A stretch of DNA of 27,337 nt from Chthonomonas calidirosea (GCA_945859975.1 CAMAPH010000039.1:1-27337); one strand, 5' to 3'; shown: positions 14,287 to 23,299, numbered from the stretch's first letter. Made by a program: numbers and translations. Notes: generated from the letters alone by a model not told the origin.

Positions 14287-17268
14287 GTGATTTCGCTCGC
14301 GCTAATGGTAACCATAGGCATGACTCCCCTGCGACCAGTATCTTTCGACATTCCGAAACCATCGAAAGCCCAACTGGCGTGGCACAAGCTGGAAACGTAT
14401 GCATTCGTGCATTTTGGCCCGAATACGTTTACCAACCGCGAGTGGGGCGAGGGGAAGGAAGATCCGAAGGTGTTTGCGCCGACTCAGCTCGATACGCGGC
14501 AGTGGGCGCGGGTGGCGAAAGCTGCCGGGATGAAGGGGATCATTCTCACCGCGAAGCATCACGATGGTTTCTGCCTTTGGCCGAGCAAATACAGCAAGCA
14601 CACCGTGCGGGAGAGCGGCTGGAAGGGCGGAAAGGGCGATGTTCTGCGAGAGCTTTCGGAGGCTTGCAAAGAGTACGGACTGAAGCTCGGCGTTTATCTA
14701 TCGCCTTGGGACCGAAATCACCCGGCATACGGAACGCCGGAATACAACCAGATTTTTGCCAACACTCTGACCGAAGTTTTGACTCAGTACGGTCCCGTGT
14801 TTGAGGTTTGGTTTGACGGGGCCAATGGCGAGGGACCGAATGGAAAGAAGCAGGTTTACGACTGGAAGTTATTCGTAAGCACCGTTCGCAAGCACCAGCC
14901 AAACGCGGTGATCTTTAGCGATGCCGGGCCAGATATTCGGTGGGTTGGCAACGAGGACGGAGTTGCTTCGGAGACGAATTGGACGACACTGAAGGCGGAT
15001 GAGCTGACGCCGGGGACGTCGCGATATAAGGAGCTGCCGGTGGGGCACCCGGACGGGAAGTTTTACGTTCCGGCGGAGGCCGATGTGTCGATTCGGCCGG
15101 GCTGGTTCTATCATCCTGAGCAGGACGACAAGGTTCGCTCGCCGGAGAATTTGGTCGAACTGTACGAGAAGTCGGTTGGGCGCGGGGCGAACTTGTTGCT
15201 GAACCTGCCGGTCGACCGGCGCGGGTTGGTGCACGAGAACGACGAGAAGTCGCTGCTTGGTTGGCGCAAGATGCTCAACGCCACTTATGGTCGTGCGAAC
15301 TCAAACGGGAAGTTGACGCGGGCTTTCCAATCGACGAAGGTCGCAGTTTCTGGACCTTTTGATCGTGTCGTGATTGCCGAGGACCTGCGGAACGGGCAGA
15401 AGGTCGAGGAGTTCTCGATCAACATTCGGCGTGGGAAGGAGTGGTCGCGGCTTGCTCAGGGCACCACGATTGGGCCGAAGCGGATCATCACGGTTCCGCC
15501 GACTTCGGCAGAAGAGATTGAGGTTTATCACTACGGTCGAGATGGGTCTCGGCTCAACTCGCTGGCTGTTTATGCGACTCCCGGTTTGAAGAAGCAGGTG
15601 ATTGAGAGCCAGGCCGAGAAGGATCGGCGCATGGCTTGGTGGCGCGAGGCGCGGTTTGGCATGTTCATCCACTGGGGGCTTTATGCGCAGCCGGCGGGCG
15701 AATGGCGAGGCAAGAACTACGGCGGGGCGAGCGAGTGGCTGATGAACACGGCGCGGATTCCGGCGGCGGATTGGGCGCCGTTGCGAGATACGTTTAACCC
15801 CGTGAAGTACGACCCGAAGGCGTGGGTGGCGACGGCGAAAGCGGCGGGGATGAAGTACATCGTGATTACCAGCAAGCACCACGAAGGGTTTGCGCTTTGG
15901 CCGAGTAAGCAGGGGACATTTAACGTCGGCAACACGCCGTACCGCAAGGATTTGCTGAAGCCGTTGGCGGAGGAATGCCGAAAGGCGGGCATAAAGCTGG
16001 GCTTCTACCATTCGATTTTGGATTGGCAACATCCGGATTACGCGCCACGCGTCTCGTGGGATTTGCGGCCGGAAGTGAAGACCGACTACGCCCGGTATGT
16101 GAAGTACATGAAGGCTCAGTTGAAGGAGCTGTTGACGGAGTACGGCGACGTCGCAGTGCTTTGGTTTGACGGCGAGTGGGACGGCACTTGGACCCACGAG
16201 GATGGGCTGGACCTTTACAAGTACGTGCGCGGCTTGCAGCCGAACATCATTGTCAACAACCGCGTGGATAAGGGGCGGAACGGGATGCAGGGCTTTAACG
16301 CGGCGGGCTCCTTCGCCGGGGACTTTGGAACGCCGGAGCAGGAGATTCCGGGTAACGGGCTGCCGGGGGTCGATTGGGAAAGCTGCATGACGATGAACGG
16401 TTCTTGGGGCTTCCATGCAAAGGACGAGAACTGGAAATCGACGGAGACGCTGATTCGGAACCTGATCGATTGCGCATCGAAGGGCGGCAACTACTTGCTG
16501 AACGTCGGGCCGACCGGATTGGGCGAGATTCCGCCGGCTTCGGTGGATCGGCTGCTTGGCGTCGGGGCTTGGCTGAAGATGAACGGATCGGCGGTTTACG
16601 GCACGACGGCGGGGCCGTATGTTCGAGCGCCGAAGTGGGGGCGAATGACGCGGAAGGGCAACACGCTTTTTGCCCACGTGTTTGATGGTTCGACCGAGGT
16701 GGTTTTGTCGGGACTTCGAACCGATATTCGGTCAGCGAAGCTGGTCTCGACGGGGGCTTCGGTTTCCGTCTCGAAGCGAGATGGCGAGTGGGTGCTGGCA
16801 GTTCCGGCGGGCTCCGGGGTTCGGGTCGTGGCGCTTTCGATTGCGGGGGATGTTCGCGTTGAGACGCCGTTGGCTGGACAGGCCGCGGATGGTTCCGCGG
16901 TCTTTGCGGCTTCGGATGCCGTGCCTACCGGGCGGATTGGCTACGAAGCAGACAAGGATGCTCTCGGTTTTTGGACTGATGCGGAGGACTCGGTGCAGTG
17001 GGAGTTCAACGTGACCCGAACCGGGACCTATCGGCTATCGCTTGCATACGCTTGTGAGCCTAGCTTTGCCGGTAGCGTCGTTGAGGTTCAGGTTGGTGGA
17101 GAGACGAAGTCGTTCACGGTGAAGTCGACGGGGAGCTGGTCGGCGTTTGAGACAGTTGACCTCGGCCAGGTTTCGTTGGTGACGACGGGTCGGGCGACGG
17201 TAAGGGTGAAGGCGAAGTCGATGCCGAATGGGGCGGTGATGAATTTGCGGTCGGTGCGGGTGGGGTAA
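14287..17268 (+). CDS. Alpha-L-fucosidase with two tandem GH29 catalytic domains and a C-terminal CBM6/35-like module
   Basis: Domain 1: 'FVHFGPNTF..REWG', 'TAKHHDGFCLWPS', 'YLSPWDRN', 'EVWFDGA', 'SIRPGWFYH'. Domain 2: 'WWREARFGMFIHWG', 'SKHHEGFALW', 'LWFDGEW', 'WESCMTMNGSWG', 'GGNYLLNVGP'. Tail: 'GFW...VQWEF...GTY...TGSWSAF'. Confidence 0.92.
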   Translation: MISLALMVTIGMTPLRPVSFDIPKPSKAQLAWHKLETYAFVHFGPNTFTNREWGEGKEDPKVFAPTQLDTRQWARVAKAAGMKGIILTAKHHDGFCLWPSKYSKHTVRESGWKGGKGDVLRELSEACKEYGLKLGVYLSPWDRNHPAYGTPEYNQIFANTLTEVLTQYGPVFEVWFDGANGEGPNGKKQVYDWKLFVSTVRKHQPNAVIFSDAGPDIRWVGNEDGVASETNWTTLKADELTPGTSRYKELPVGHPDGKFYVPAEADVSIRPGWFYHPEQDDKVRSPENLVELYEKSVGRGANLLLNLPVDRRGLVHENDEKSLLGWRKMLNATYGRANSNGKLTRAFQSTKVAVSGPFDRVVIAEDLRNGQKVEEFSINIRRGKEWSRLAQGTTIGPKRIITVPPTSAEEIEVYHYGRDGSRLNSLAVYATPGLKKQVIESQAEKDRRMAWWREARFGMFIHWGLYAQPAGEWRGKNYGGASEWLMNTARIPAADWAPLRDTFNPVKYDPKAWVATAKAAGMKYIVITSKHHEGFALWPSKQGTFNVGNTPYRKDLLKPLAEECRKAGIKLGFYHSILDWQHPDYAPRVSWDLRPEVKTDYARYVKYMKAQLKELLTEYGDVAVLWFDGEWDGTWTHEDGLDLYKYVRGLQPNIIVNNRVDKGRNGMQGFNAAGSFAGDFGTPEQEIPGNGLPGVDWESCMTMNGSWGFHAKDENWKSTETLIRNLIDCASKGGNYLLNVGPTGLGEIPPASVDRLLGVGAWLKMNGSAVYGTTAGPYVRAPKWGRMTRKGNTLFAHVFDGSTEVVLSGLRTDIRSAKLVSTGASVSVSKRDGEWVLAVPAGSGVRVVALSIAGDVRVETPLAGQAADGSAVFAASDAVPTGRIGYEADKDALGFWTDAEDSVQWEFNVTRTGTYRLSLAYACEPSFAGSVVEVQVGGETKSFTVKSTGSWSAFETVDLGQVSLVTTGRATVRVKAKSMPNGAVMNLRSVRVG

Positions 17269-17573
17269 GGGGCGGAGCTTTGTGTGGCACTTGATGGCTG
17301 GCTTGCCTTCCAGGTACGGGTTTATTCGCGTCTGCTGGGGGGCGGAGTTGCATGGGCATGTTGAGCAACTGATTTATGAAAGGGCCACCTTACCTGGGAT
17401 TTTTTGTTCCGAACTAGGGGCGCCGCCGTAGATGTTCAAGCAACCGTCTCAGCGACACTGGGTGTCAAGTCTGCTTCATCGATTCGCAGTCTGCAAACGG
17501 CAAAGTATTACTACGACATTTTTCAGTTCTTTTATCAATAGGAGAGAGTATTATGATGCGCGGAAGGTGAGAG

Positions 17574-17960
17574 ATGTTATATGGTCGTCAACGAAGATTA
17601 GAGGTTCAGCGAGGAAGGAGATTTGCCAAACGACTTGAGGGTGATTTAATTGAGTCCCTGAAACGCGCGGGCCTGAAGCCTACGTCCCAAGCGTTAAAGT
17701 ACTTTAGGCAACAAGTGATATATGGCGAAAACGGCTGGCTGAGTCCGGGATTTAAGTCAATCTCCAAAGAAGAACTACGACAGACCTTCATACAGAAAAC
17801 TAGGTTGGCCTTTAATTCGGAAGAGGCTTCGAACGAAATCGGATCAATTGATGAGAGATTAGTTCGTGATGGGGAATCTTCCTATTTAAGAGAGATTGAT
17901 ACCGAGCAGTTGTTGAAGTTTACAGTTCGCCTGTGCCCGGGCTTTTGGCCGTTTTGCTGA
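17574..17960 (+). CDS. Hypothetical protein ending in LCPGFWPFC (possible histone-fold-like helical protein)
   Basis: 128-aa ORF in a low-GC segment; SD-like AAGGTGA just upstream and TATGAT at 17552-17557; distinctive C-terminal Cys/Trp motif; ends 6 nt before the next ORF. Confidence 0.65.
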   Translation: MLYGRQRRLEVQRGRRFAKRLEGDLIESLKRAGLKPTSQALKYFRQQVIYGENGWLSPGFKSISKEELRQTFIQKTRLAFNSEEASNEIGSIDERLVRDGESSYLREIDTEQLLKFTVRLCPGFWPFC

Positions 17961-17966
17961 TTTCTC

Positions 17967-18446
17967 ATGGATGAGTATCAAAAGACCGCCATTTCTATTG
18001 CGTCAGAGGTAACTAAGCAGCTAATTACCCTCGCGACCGGAATTGTAGCTATCGGTGCAACTTTTGCAAAGGATCTGTTTTCAGCAGACGCACCTCGGGA
18101 TTTGCTGATCTGGAGTGCTGGTCTTTTCATGTTCTCGATTTTGTTTGGACTCGGAACGCTTATGAGTTTTGCTGGTGGGCTTGAGAAAGATACTTCGCCG
18201 ACCAGATGTTCAATCTATAAGCCAGGTATTGTTTTTTGTCAGATTCTGCAGATAGTTTTGTTTGTGTTTGCGATGTTTGTTTTTCTATGGTACGCCGGCA
18301 CGGGCGTAAATTTTCGGTCTAAACCAGCTCTAACGGTGCCCAAAGAGGGGCCCCCTGCTAAGGATAAAGGCTCGAAAGGGAACACCGGAACTGGGAACTG
18401 GATACTCATTAAACTTCAAGCATCTGAAGTCAGTGCGAAGCTATAG
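17967..18446 (+). CDS. Hypothetical membrane protein with three predicted TM helices
   Basis: Hydrophobic segments 'LITLATGIVAIGATFA', 'LLIWSAGLFMFSILFGLGTLMSFAG' and 'IVFCQILQIVLFVFAMFVFLWYAG', then a K/G/P-rich tail. Confidence 0.75.
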   Translation: MDEYQKTAISIASEVTKQLITLATGIVAIGATFAKDLFSADAPRDLLIWSAGLFMFSILFGLGTLMSFAGGLEKDTSPTRCSIYKPGIVFCQILQIVLFVFAMFVFLWYAGTGVNFRSKPALTVPKEGPPAKDKGSKGNTGTGNWILIKLQASEVSAKL

Positions 18447-18570
18447 TTTGTCAGGACGCTCGATTAGTCTGCGACTTAGGCTGTATCTCGTGCTGCAAAA
18501 AACTCAATCCAGACCGATATTTTGGGCTGGCGGCTAATCATAGACGGATTGTTGTGGTCCAACTAAATTT

Positions 18571-19221
18571 TTAACTGACGTGGGGGAGTTGCCAATGGTA
18601 ATGGTAGCTAGCCATGCGGAAGGCGAAGCAGACTAGGGCGCCGATGATGCCGGTTAGGGCGGGGGAGACTTTGGCGCGGCTGCCGAGAACAACGACGACG
18701 GCTCCGGCGTAGGCGGCGAGGGCGTAGATGTCGGACTTTAGGATTTGCGGAACCCGGGAAAGGAGCAGGTCTCGGATGACGCCACCGCCGACTCCGCTGA
18801 GGGCGCCCATCGCGGCGGACATGAAGGCGGAGATGCCAAAATTGAGCGCCTTAGTTGCTCCGGCTACGGCGAACAAGGCGAGTCCAACGGCGTCGATGGT
18901 CACCAGCACCGGCGGCGAGATCTCGGTGACCCATTGATAGCCGAAGAAGACGGTGAGGGCGGCGAGGCCGGCGGTGGTGCCATAGCGCCAGTCGTGGATT
19001 CCCGGGGGCGGCACGTCGCCAATGAGGACATCGCGGATGATGCCGCCGCCGAGGCCGGTGACGAAGGCGACGAGGACGAGCCCGAGGAGATCGAGGTCTT
19101 GTTGGGCAGCGGCGATGGCGCCTTGAAGGGCGAACACGAAGATTCCGGCAAGATCGAGCGCGGAAAGAAGCCGGGTGGCGGCGGTTCCGACGGGGTTTGG
19201 TTGGGGGTTCGGGCGCTCCAT
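18571..19221 (-). CDS. Trimeric intracellular cation channel (TRIC)/UPF0126 (YadS-like) membrane protein
   Basis: Two internal repeats: 'LDLAGIFVFALQGA...TGLGGGIIRDVLIG..P' and 'DAVGLALFAVAGA...GVGGGVIRDLLL..P.IL..DIYA'. Start is uncertain (ATG 19221 or TTG 19236). Confidence 0.9.
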   Translation of the reverse strand: MERPNPQPNPVGTAATRLLSALDLAGIFVFALQGAIAAAQQDLDLLGLVLVAFVTGLGGGIIRDVLIGDVPPPGIHDWRYGTTAGLAALTVFFGYQWVTEISPPVLVTIDAVGLALFAVAGATKALNFGISAFMSAAMGALSGVGGGVIRDLLLSRVPQILKSDIYALAAYAGAVVVVLGSRAKVSPALTGIIGALVCFAFRMASYHYHWQLPHVS

Positions 19222-19270
19222 CTTGCTTATCGCCAATGGGATTGTGCACCGGTGCGCTATGCTTCGGCAA

Positions 19271-20308
19271 ATGATCGCAGCCGTGCTTGCGCTTGGATCG
19301 ATGGCTATGCAAAGCGTTTACGTTGGCACTTACACCGGCTCGGAAGGGAGCAAGGGAATTTATCGCGTCGAGTTTGACCCGAGTTCGGGGCAGTTCTCGG
19401 AGCCGAAGTTGGCGGCGGAGGTTGCGAACCCGAGCTACCTGGCGCGGCACGGAGACCGGCTGTTTGCGGTAACGGAGTGGGGCGGGGCGGCGGATTTGTT
19501 GGAGTATCAGATTGCGTCGGATGGCAGGCTTGATCCGAAGCATGCGCAACCGGCGGGCGGTGGAGGCCCGTGCCACATTGGAATCGATCCGGCGGGCAAG
19601 TTCGCGGCGGTTTCGGCCTACGGCGGCGGCACGGTCAACCTATTCGACCTTCGCGAGCAGAAGGTGGTTTGGAAGTTCCAGAACGAGGGCAAGGGTCCGA
19701 ACGCGCAGCGCCAAGAGCGGCCGCACATGCACTTCGCGACGTTCTCGGCAGACGGTAAGCACCTTTACGCTTGCGACCTTGGGACGGATGAAGTTTTGAA
19801 GTTTGAGGTTGGGAGTTCGACTCCGAAGCGGTTCAAGATTCCGGCTGGCGGCGGGCCGCGGCACCTGGTCCTTCACCCGGGGGGCAAGTTCGTGTTCGTT
19901 GGCAACGAGATGACTAGCGCGGTGACGACTTTCCGGCGCGATGCGGCGGGCGACCTGAAGCAGCTCGGGACGGTGAGCACGCTGCCAGAGCCGTTTGAAG
20001 GCAATTCGACGGCGGCGGTGAAGCTGCATCCAAACGGGAAGTGGCTCTACGTTTCGAACCGGGGGCACAACAGCGTCGCGGTGTTTTCGATTGCGGAAGA
20101 TGGAGCGCTGAAGCTGCGGCAGGCAAAGCGGCTGGACGTGAAGACGCCACGAGACTTTTCGCTCGATGCTTCGGGCAAGTCGATTTTGGTGGCGGGTCAG
20201 GACAGCGGTGATGTGGTGAGCTACCGAGTCGATCCGGCGACGGGCGAGGTCGGGGCGGCGGTCGGTCGGATGAAGATTTCGAGGCCGGTTTGTGTTTTGG
20301 TTCAATAA
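19271..20308 (+). CDS. pgl: Lactonase family beta-propeller protein (6-phosphogluconolactonase / cycloisomerase-2 family)
   Basis: 'YVGTYT...SKGIY', 'NPSYL', 'GPCH', 'RQERPHMH', 'DLGTD', 'GGGPRH', 'LYVSNRGHNS' and 'PRDF'. Start chosen at ATG 19271, 7 nt after TATGCT. True substrate is uncertain. Confidence 0.82.
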   Translation: MIAAVLALGSMAMQSVYVGTYTGSEGSKGIYRVEFDPSSGQFSEPKLAAEVANPSYLARHGDRLFAVTEWGGAADLLEYQIASDGRLDPKHAQPAGGGGPCHIGIDPAGKFAAVSAYGGGTVNLFDLREQKVVWKFQNEGKGPNAQRQERPHMHFATFSADGKHLYACDLGTDEVLKFEVGSSTPKRFKIPAGGGPRHLVLHPGGKFVFVGNEMTSAVTTFRRDAAGDLKQLGTVSTLPEPFEGNSTAAVKLHPNGKWLYVSNRGHNSVAVFSIAEDGALKLRQAKRLDVKTPRDFSLDASGKSILVAGQDSGDVVSYRVDPATGEVGAAVGRMKISRPVCVLVQ

Positions 20309-20621
20309 ACGCAAAGAGCGCGACCGGCTACTGAATCAGCAGTTTGGCCTTGAGAAACTAGCACAGCTGGGAGCGGGCGAGATCACCGAGATCGTGATTG
20401 GCTTGAACGATTGGATCACGACCGACGAACGGTGGATTGAAGTTACGGTTAACGGAGAGAAGCTCTTCTTTGGGGAAGATCAGGATCGTGGCGCGTTCCG
20501 GCAGGCGGATACCTTTGTTCGAGAGGAGTTTTCGGAGCTTGTTCCAGTGATGAACGAGGAGTGGAAGGAACCGTTCCGCGTTTTTTCGAAGGCGATCTAT
20601 TCGGTTAAACCGAAGGAATGA
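20292..20621 (+). CDS. Hypothetical protein (109 aa)
   Basis: GTG start with GAGG upstream; overlaps the lactonase end by 17 nt; fills the gap before the convergent ALDH; protein-like composition. Confidence 0.6.
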   Translation: MFWFNKRKERDRLLNQQFGLEKLAQLGAGEITEIVIGLNDWITTDERWIEVTVNGEKLFFGEDQDRGAFRQADTFVREEFSELVPVMNEEWKEPFRVFSKAIYSVKPKE

Positions 20622-20700
20622 CCGGTGATGGCGCAGCAGCTTATGCGTTCCCATCACAGGTCATTTTGCTGTTTCTAAGCAAGCATCTGGGTAGACGCGT

Positions 20701-22071
20701 TTACTCGCTAACGGGCATCCCTTGTAGCGTCACCGGCCGTAAGAAGCGGTCGATGGCGTGGGTGCCGACGCTGGTGGTTCGGGTGTCGGTGCTGGCGGGG
20801 TAGGGGCCGCCGTGGGTCATGGCGGGGCTAACTTCTACGCCGGTTGGCCAGCCGTTGGCGACGATTCGGCCCGCGATTCGGGTGAGCGTCGGGAGCAGGC
20901 CAAGGGCGAGGGGCTCCTCGTTTTTGTCGAAGTGGATGCTGGCGGTGAGCTGGCCTTCGAGGATGTCGGCGATGGCTTCGAACTCTTGGACGGAGTCGCA
21001 CTTGACGACTACGGCAGAGGGGCCGAAGACTTCTTGGCGAACCTCCGGGTGGGCGAGGAATTGGGCGGCGGTGGTGCCGTAGAGCGCGGGCTTTCCGGCG
21101 GCATCTGACTGAAGAAGGGTCTTGAGGTGCGCGTGGGACGCGAACTCGGCGGTGTCTTGCACGTAGCGATCGGCGATGCCGTTGTGCAGCATGGTTGCGG
21201 CCGGTGCCGATTCAAGTTCGGTGACGAGCGAAAGCAGGAACTGGTCTAGCGCGGCAGACGCCACCGCGACGAGGATTCCGGGGTTGGTGCAGAATTGGCC
21301 GACGCCGAGGGTGAGCGAACCGGCATAGCCCTTGGCGAGCTCGGCGGTTCGGGAAGTGAGGGCGTCGGGGAAGAGGAAGACCGGGTTCACGCTGCCCATT
21401 TCGGCATAGACCGGAATCGGTCGTTCGCGTCGGCTAGCGAGATCGAAGAGGGCGCGTCCGCCGGAATGCGAGCCGGTGAAGCCAACGGCGCGGATGTGCG
21501 GATGCTGAACCAGGTCTTGGCCTTCCTCGAAACCGCCGTGGACGAGGGCAAAGGTTCCGCTCGGCATTTCGCAGGCTTCGACGGCGCGGGTGATGGCGGC
21601 GCCGCAGAGCTCGGAGGTTTTCGGGTGCGCGGGGTGGGCCTTTACGACGACGGGGCAGCCGGCAGCGAGAGCGCTGGCGGTGTCTCCACCGGGGACGCTA
21701 TAGGCAAGCGGGAAGTTAGAAGCACCGAAGACGGCGACCGGGCCAACGGGGACCAGGTAGCGGCGAAGGTGGGGCTTTGGCGGGGTGCGGCTCGCGTCCG
21801 CTTCGTCGGTCACTTCGGCATTCCAGCCTTCGGCTCGAATGAGGTTTGCGAACATGCGGAACTGGCCGCAGGTGCGGGCGCGCTCGCCGGTGAGTCGGGG
21901 GAGGGGCAGGTTCGTTTCGGCGCTGGCGGTTTGCAGGAGTTCATCGCCCAGCAGCTCGATTTGGTTCGCGATCTCGTCGAGGAAGGCGGCGCGTTCGGCG
22001 TTGGTTTTGGCTTGGTAGACGGGGAAGGCGGCCCAAGCGGCGTCGCAAAGAGAGTTGATCTGCGGGTTCAT
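20701..22071 (-). CDS. Alpha-ketoglutaric semialdehyde dehydrogenase (NADP+ aldehyde dehydrogenase)
   Basis: 'GPVAVFGASNFPLA', 'GGDTASALAAG', 'KAHPAHP', 'GFTGS', catalytic 'AEMGSVNP' and 'GQFCTNPG', 'EVFGP', 'HGGPYPA'. ATG lies 1 nt after the upstream stop; fits operon context. Confidence 0.88.
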   Translation of the reverse strand: MNPQINSLCDAAWAAFPVYQAKTNAERAAFLDEIANQIELLGDELLQTASAETNLPLPRLTGERARTCGQFRMFANLIRAEGWNAEVTDEADASRTPPKPHLRRYLVPVGPVAVFGASNFPLAYSVPGGDTASALAAGCPVVVKAHPAHPKTSELCGAAITRAVEACEMPSGTFALVHGGFEEGQDLVQHPHIRAVGFTGSHSGGRALFDLASRRERPIPVYAEMGSVNPVFLFPDALTSRTAELAKGYAGSLTLGVGQFCTNPGILVAVASAALDQFLLSLVTELESAPAATMLHNGIADRYVQDTAEFASHAHLKTLLQSDAAGKPALYGTTAAQFLAHPEVRQEVFGPSAVVVKCDSVQEFEAIADILEGQLTASIHFDKNEEPLALGLLPTLTRIAGRIVANGWPTGVEVSPAMTHGGPYPASTDTRTTSVGTHAIDRFLRPVTLQGMPVSE

Positions 22072-22072
22072 G

Positions 22073-23299
22073 TTAGTGCGTGGAGAGGTCGTGTTGAACG
22101 GGTCGTTGGGCGATGAGGTCGGCGACGTACTGTCCGGAAACCGGGCCAAGGCTCATTCCCATCATGGCGTGTCCGGTCGCCAAAATGAGGTTTTCCAACC
22201 CATTTCCTCGGCAAAGATAGGGCAAGCCCGTGGGGGAGCAAGGCCGCAACCCGCACCAAGTTTCGCCCTTTAGTTTATCGGGGGTGAAGGCAGGGTAGTA
22301 CCGCGAGATGCTCTTTTTCATGCCATTGATTCGGGGCGAATCGGCTTTGAGCACGGCGCGGGCGAGCTCCATGGTGCCGACGAAGCGGATGCCATCGGGC
22401 ATGGGAGTGACGGCGACGCGGGCTTCGGTGAGGATGGCGGGGAGGTTGATGGATTCCGGCGGGTTTTTGACGGTGAAGCCGAAGCCGCGACCGGCGACGA
22501 TTCTGATTTGGGGTTGGCGGAAGGTTTGGGCGAGGTCTTGGGTCCAGGCTCCGGTGGCGAGGACAAATTGGTCGGCTTGGATCTGGGTTTCAGCGTTGCC
22601 GACGGATTCGATTTTTGCCCCTTTCACGTTTGCGGTGGTGACTTCGCATTCGACGAACTCGACACCGTTGCTTCGGAGATCGGCGCGCAGGGCAGACATG
22701 AAGACGGCGGGGGAGAGGTGGGCGTCGTCTTTAAAGTGGACGGCTCCGGCGGCGCGGAGGGTGAGGTTCGGCTCGAGTTTTTGGAGGTCTTCTATGGATA
22801 GAACTTCGGTGGCGAGGCCGAGTTTATTGGCGTCTTCGGCAAGGTGCGCTTCCTCGTCGAGGGCGGCTTGGGTCTCGCAGATCATGAGCAAGCCGCGTTG
22901 ACCGTAGCCGACCGGGACGTTGAGGTCTTGGATCATGGCCTCGTAAAGCGCGCGGCTTTGGAGGTTGAGGTCGCGGAGGATGGGGCTGGCGCGTTCGACG
23001 TGGCCGGGAGTGGCGCTACGGAGGAAGTTGAGCATCCAGGAGATGAGTCGCAGATCGGTCCAGCGCTCGATTCCGAACGGACTCTCCTTGTCGAGCATCA
23101 TTTTTAGGCCGACTTTGATCATGCCGGGGGAGGCGAGAGGGACAAAGTGGCTGGGGACGATGATGCCGCCGTTTCCGTGGCTGCAGCCCTGGTTGGTTTC
23201 GCCGGGGCGGTCGATGACGGTGACGTCGTGGCCGTCTCGCCGGAGGAAATAGGCGGAGCAGAGGCCGATGACTCCGCCGCCGATGACGGCGACTCTCAT
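22073..23299 (-). CDS. FAD-dependent D-amino acid dehydrogenase (probable D-hydroxyproline dehydrogenase)
   Basis: 'VAVIGGGVIG', 'CSHGNGG', 'WCGLRPCSP.GLP' and 'ATGHAMMGMSLGP'. ATGA overlap with the epimerase. Confidence 0.85.
   Translation of the reverse strand: MRVAVIGGGVIGLCSAYFLRRDGHDVTVIDRPGETNQGCSHGNGGIIVPSHFVPLASPGMIKVGLKMMLDKESPFGIERWTDLRLISWMLNFLRSATPGHVERASPILRDLNLQSRALYEAMIQDLNVPVGYGQRGLLMICETQAALDEEAHLAEDANKLGLATEVLSIEDLQKLEPNLTLRAAGAVHFKDDAHLSPAVFMSALRADLRSNGVEFVECEVTTANVKGAKIESVGNAETQIQADQFVLATGAWTQDLAQTFRQPQIRIVAGRGFGFTVKNPPESINLPAILTEARVAVTPMPDGIRFVGTMELARAVLKADSPRINGMKKSISRYYPAFTPDKLKGETWCGLRPCSPTGLPYLCRGNGLENLILATGHAMMGMSLGPVSGQYVADLIAQRPVQHDLSTH

Noticed and set aside
15301..16677. 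458-aa minus-strand ORF
   Set aside because: Antisense to the second GH29 domain; R/P/H-rich composition typical of GC-rich shadow frames.
17269..17347. GGGGCGGAG repeated at 17269 and 17339 as an insertion scar
   Set aside because: Only 9 bp, G-rich, and both copies are on the same side of the islet; no matching copy was seen at the right boundary.
17432..17638. 68-aa ORF upstream of the low-GC cassette
   Set aside because: Overlaps the 17574 ORF out of frame, has no clear RBS or motif, and spans the probable promoter.
22072..22149. N-terminal extension of the ALDH given by the ORF track
   Set aside because: It overlaps the upstream gene; ATG 22071 directly after the upstream stop fits translational coupling.
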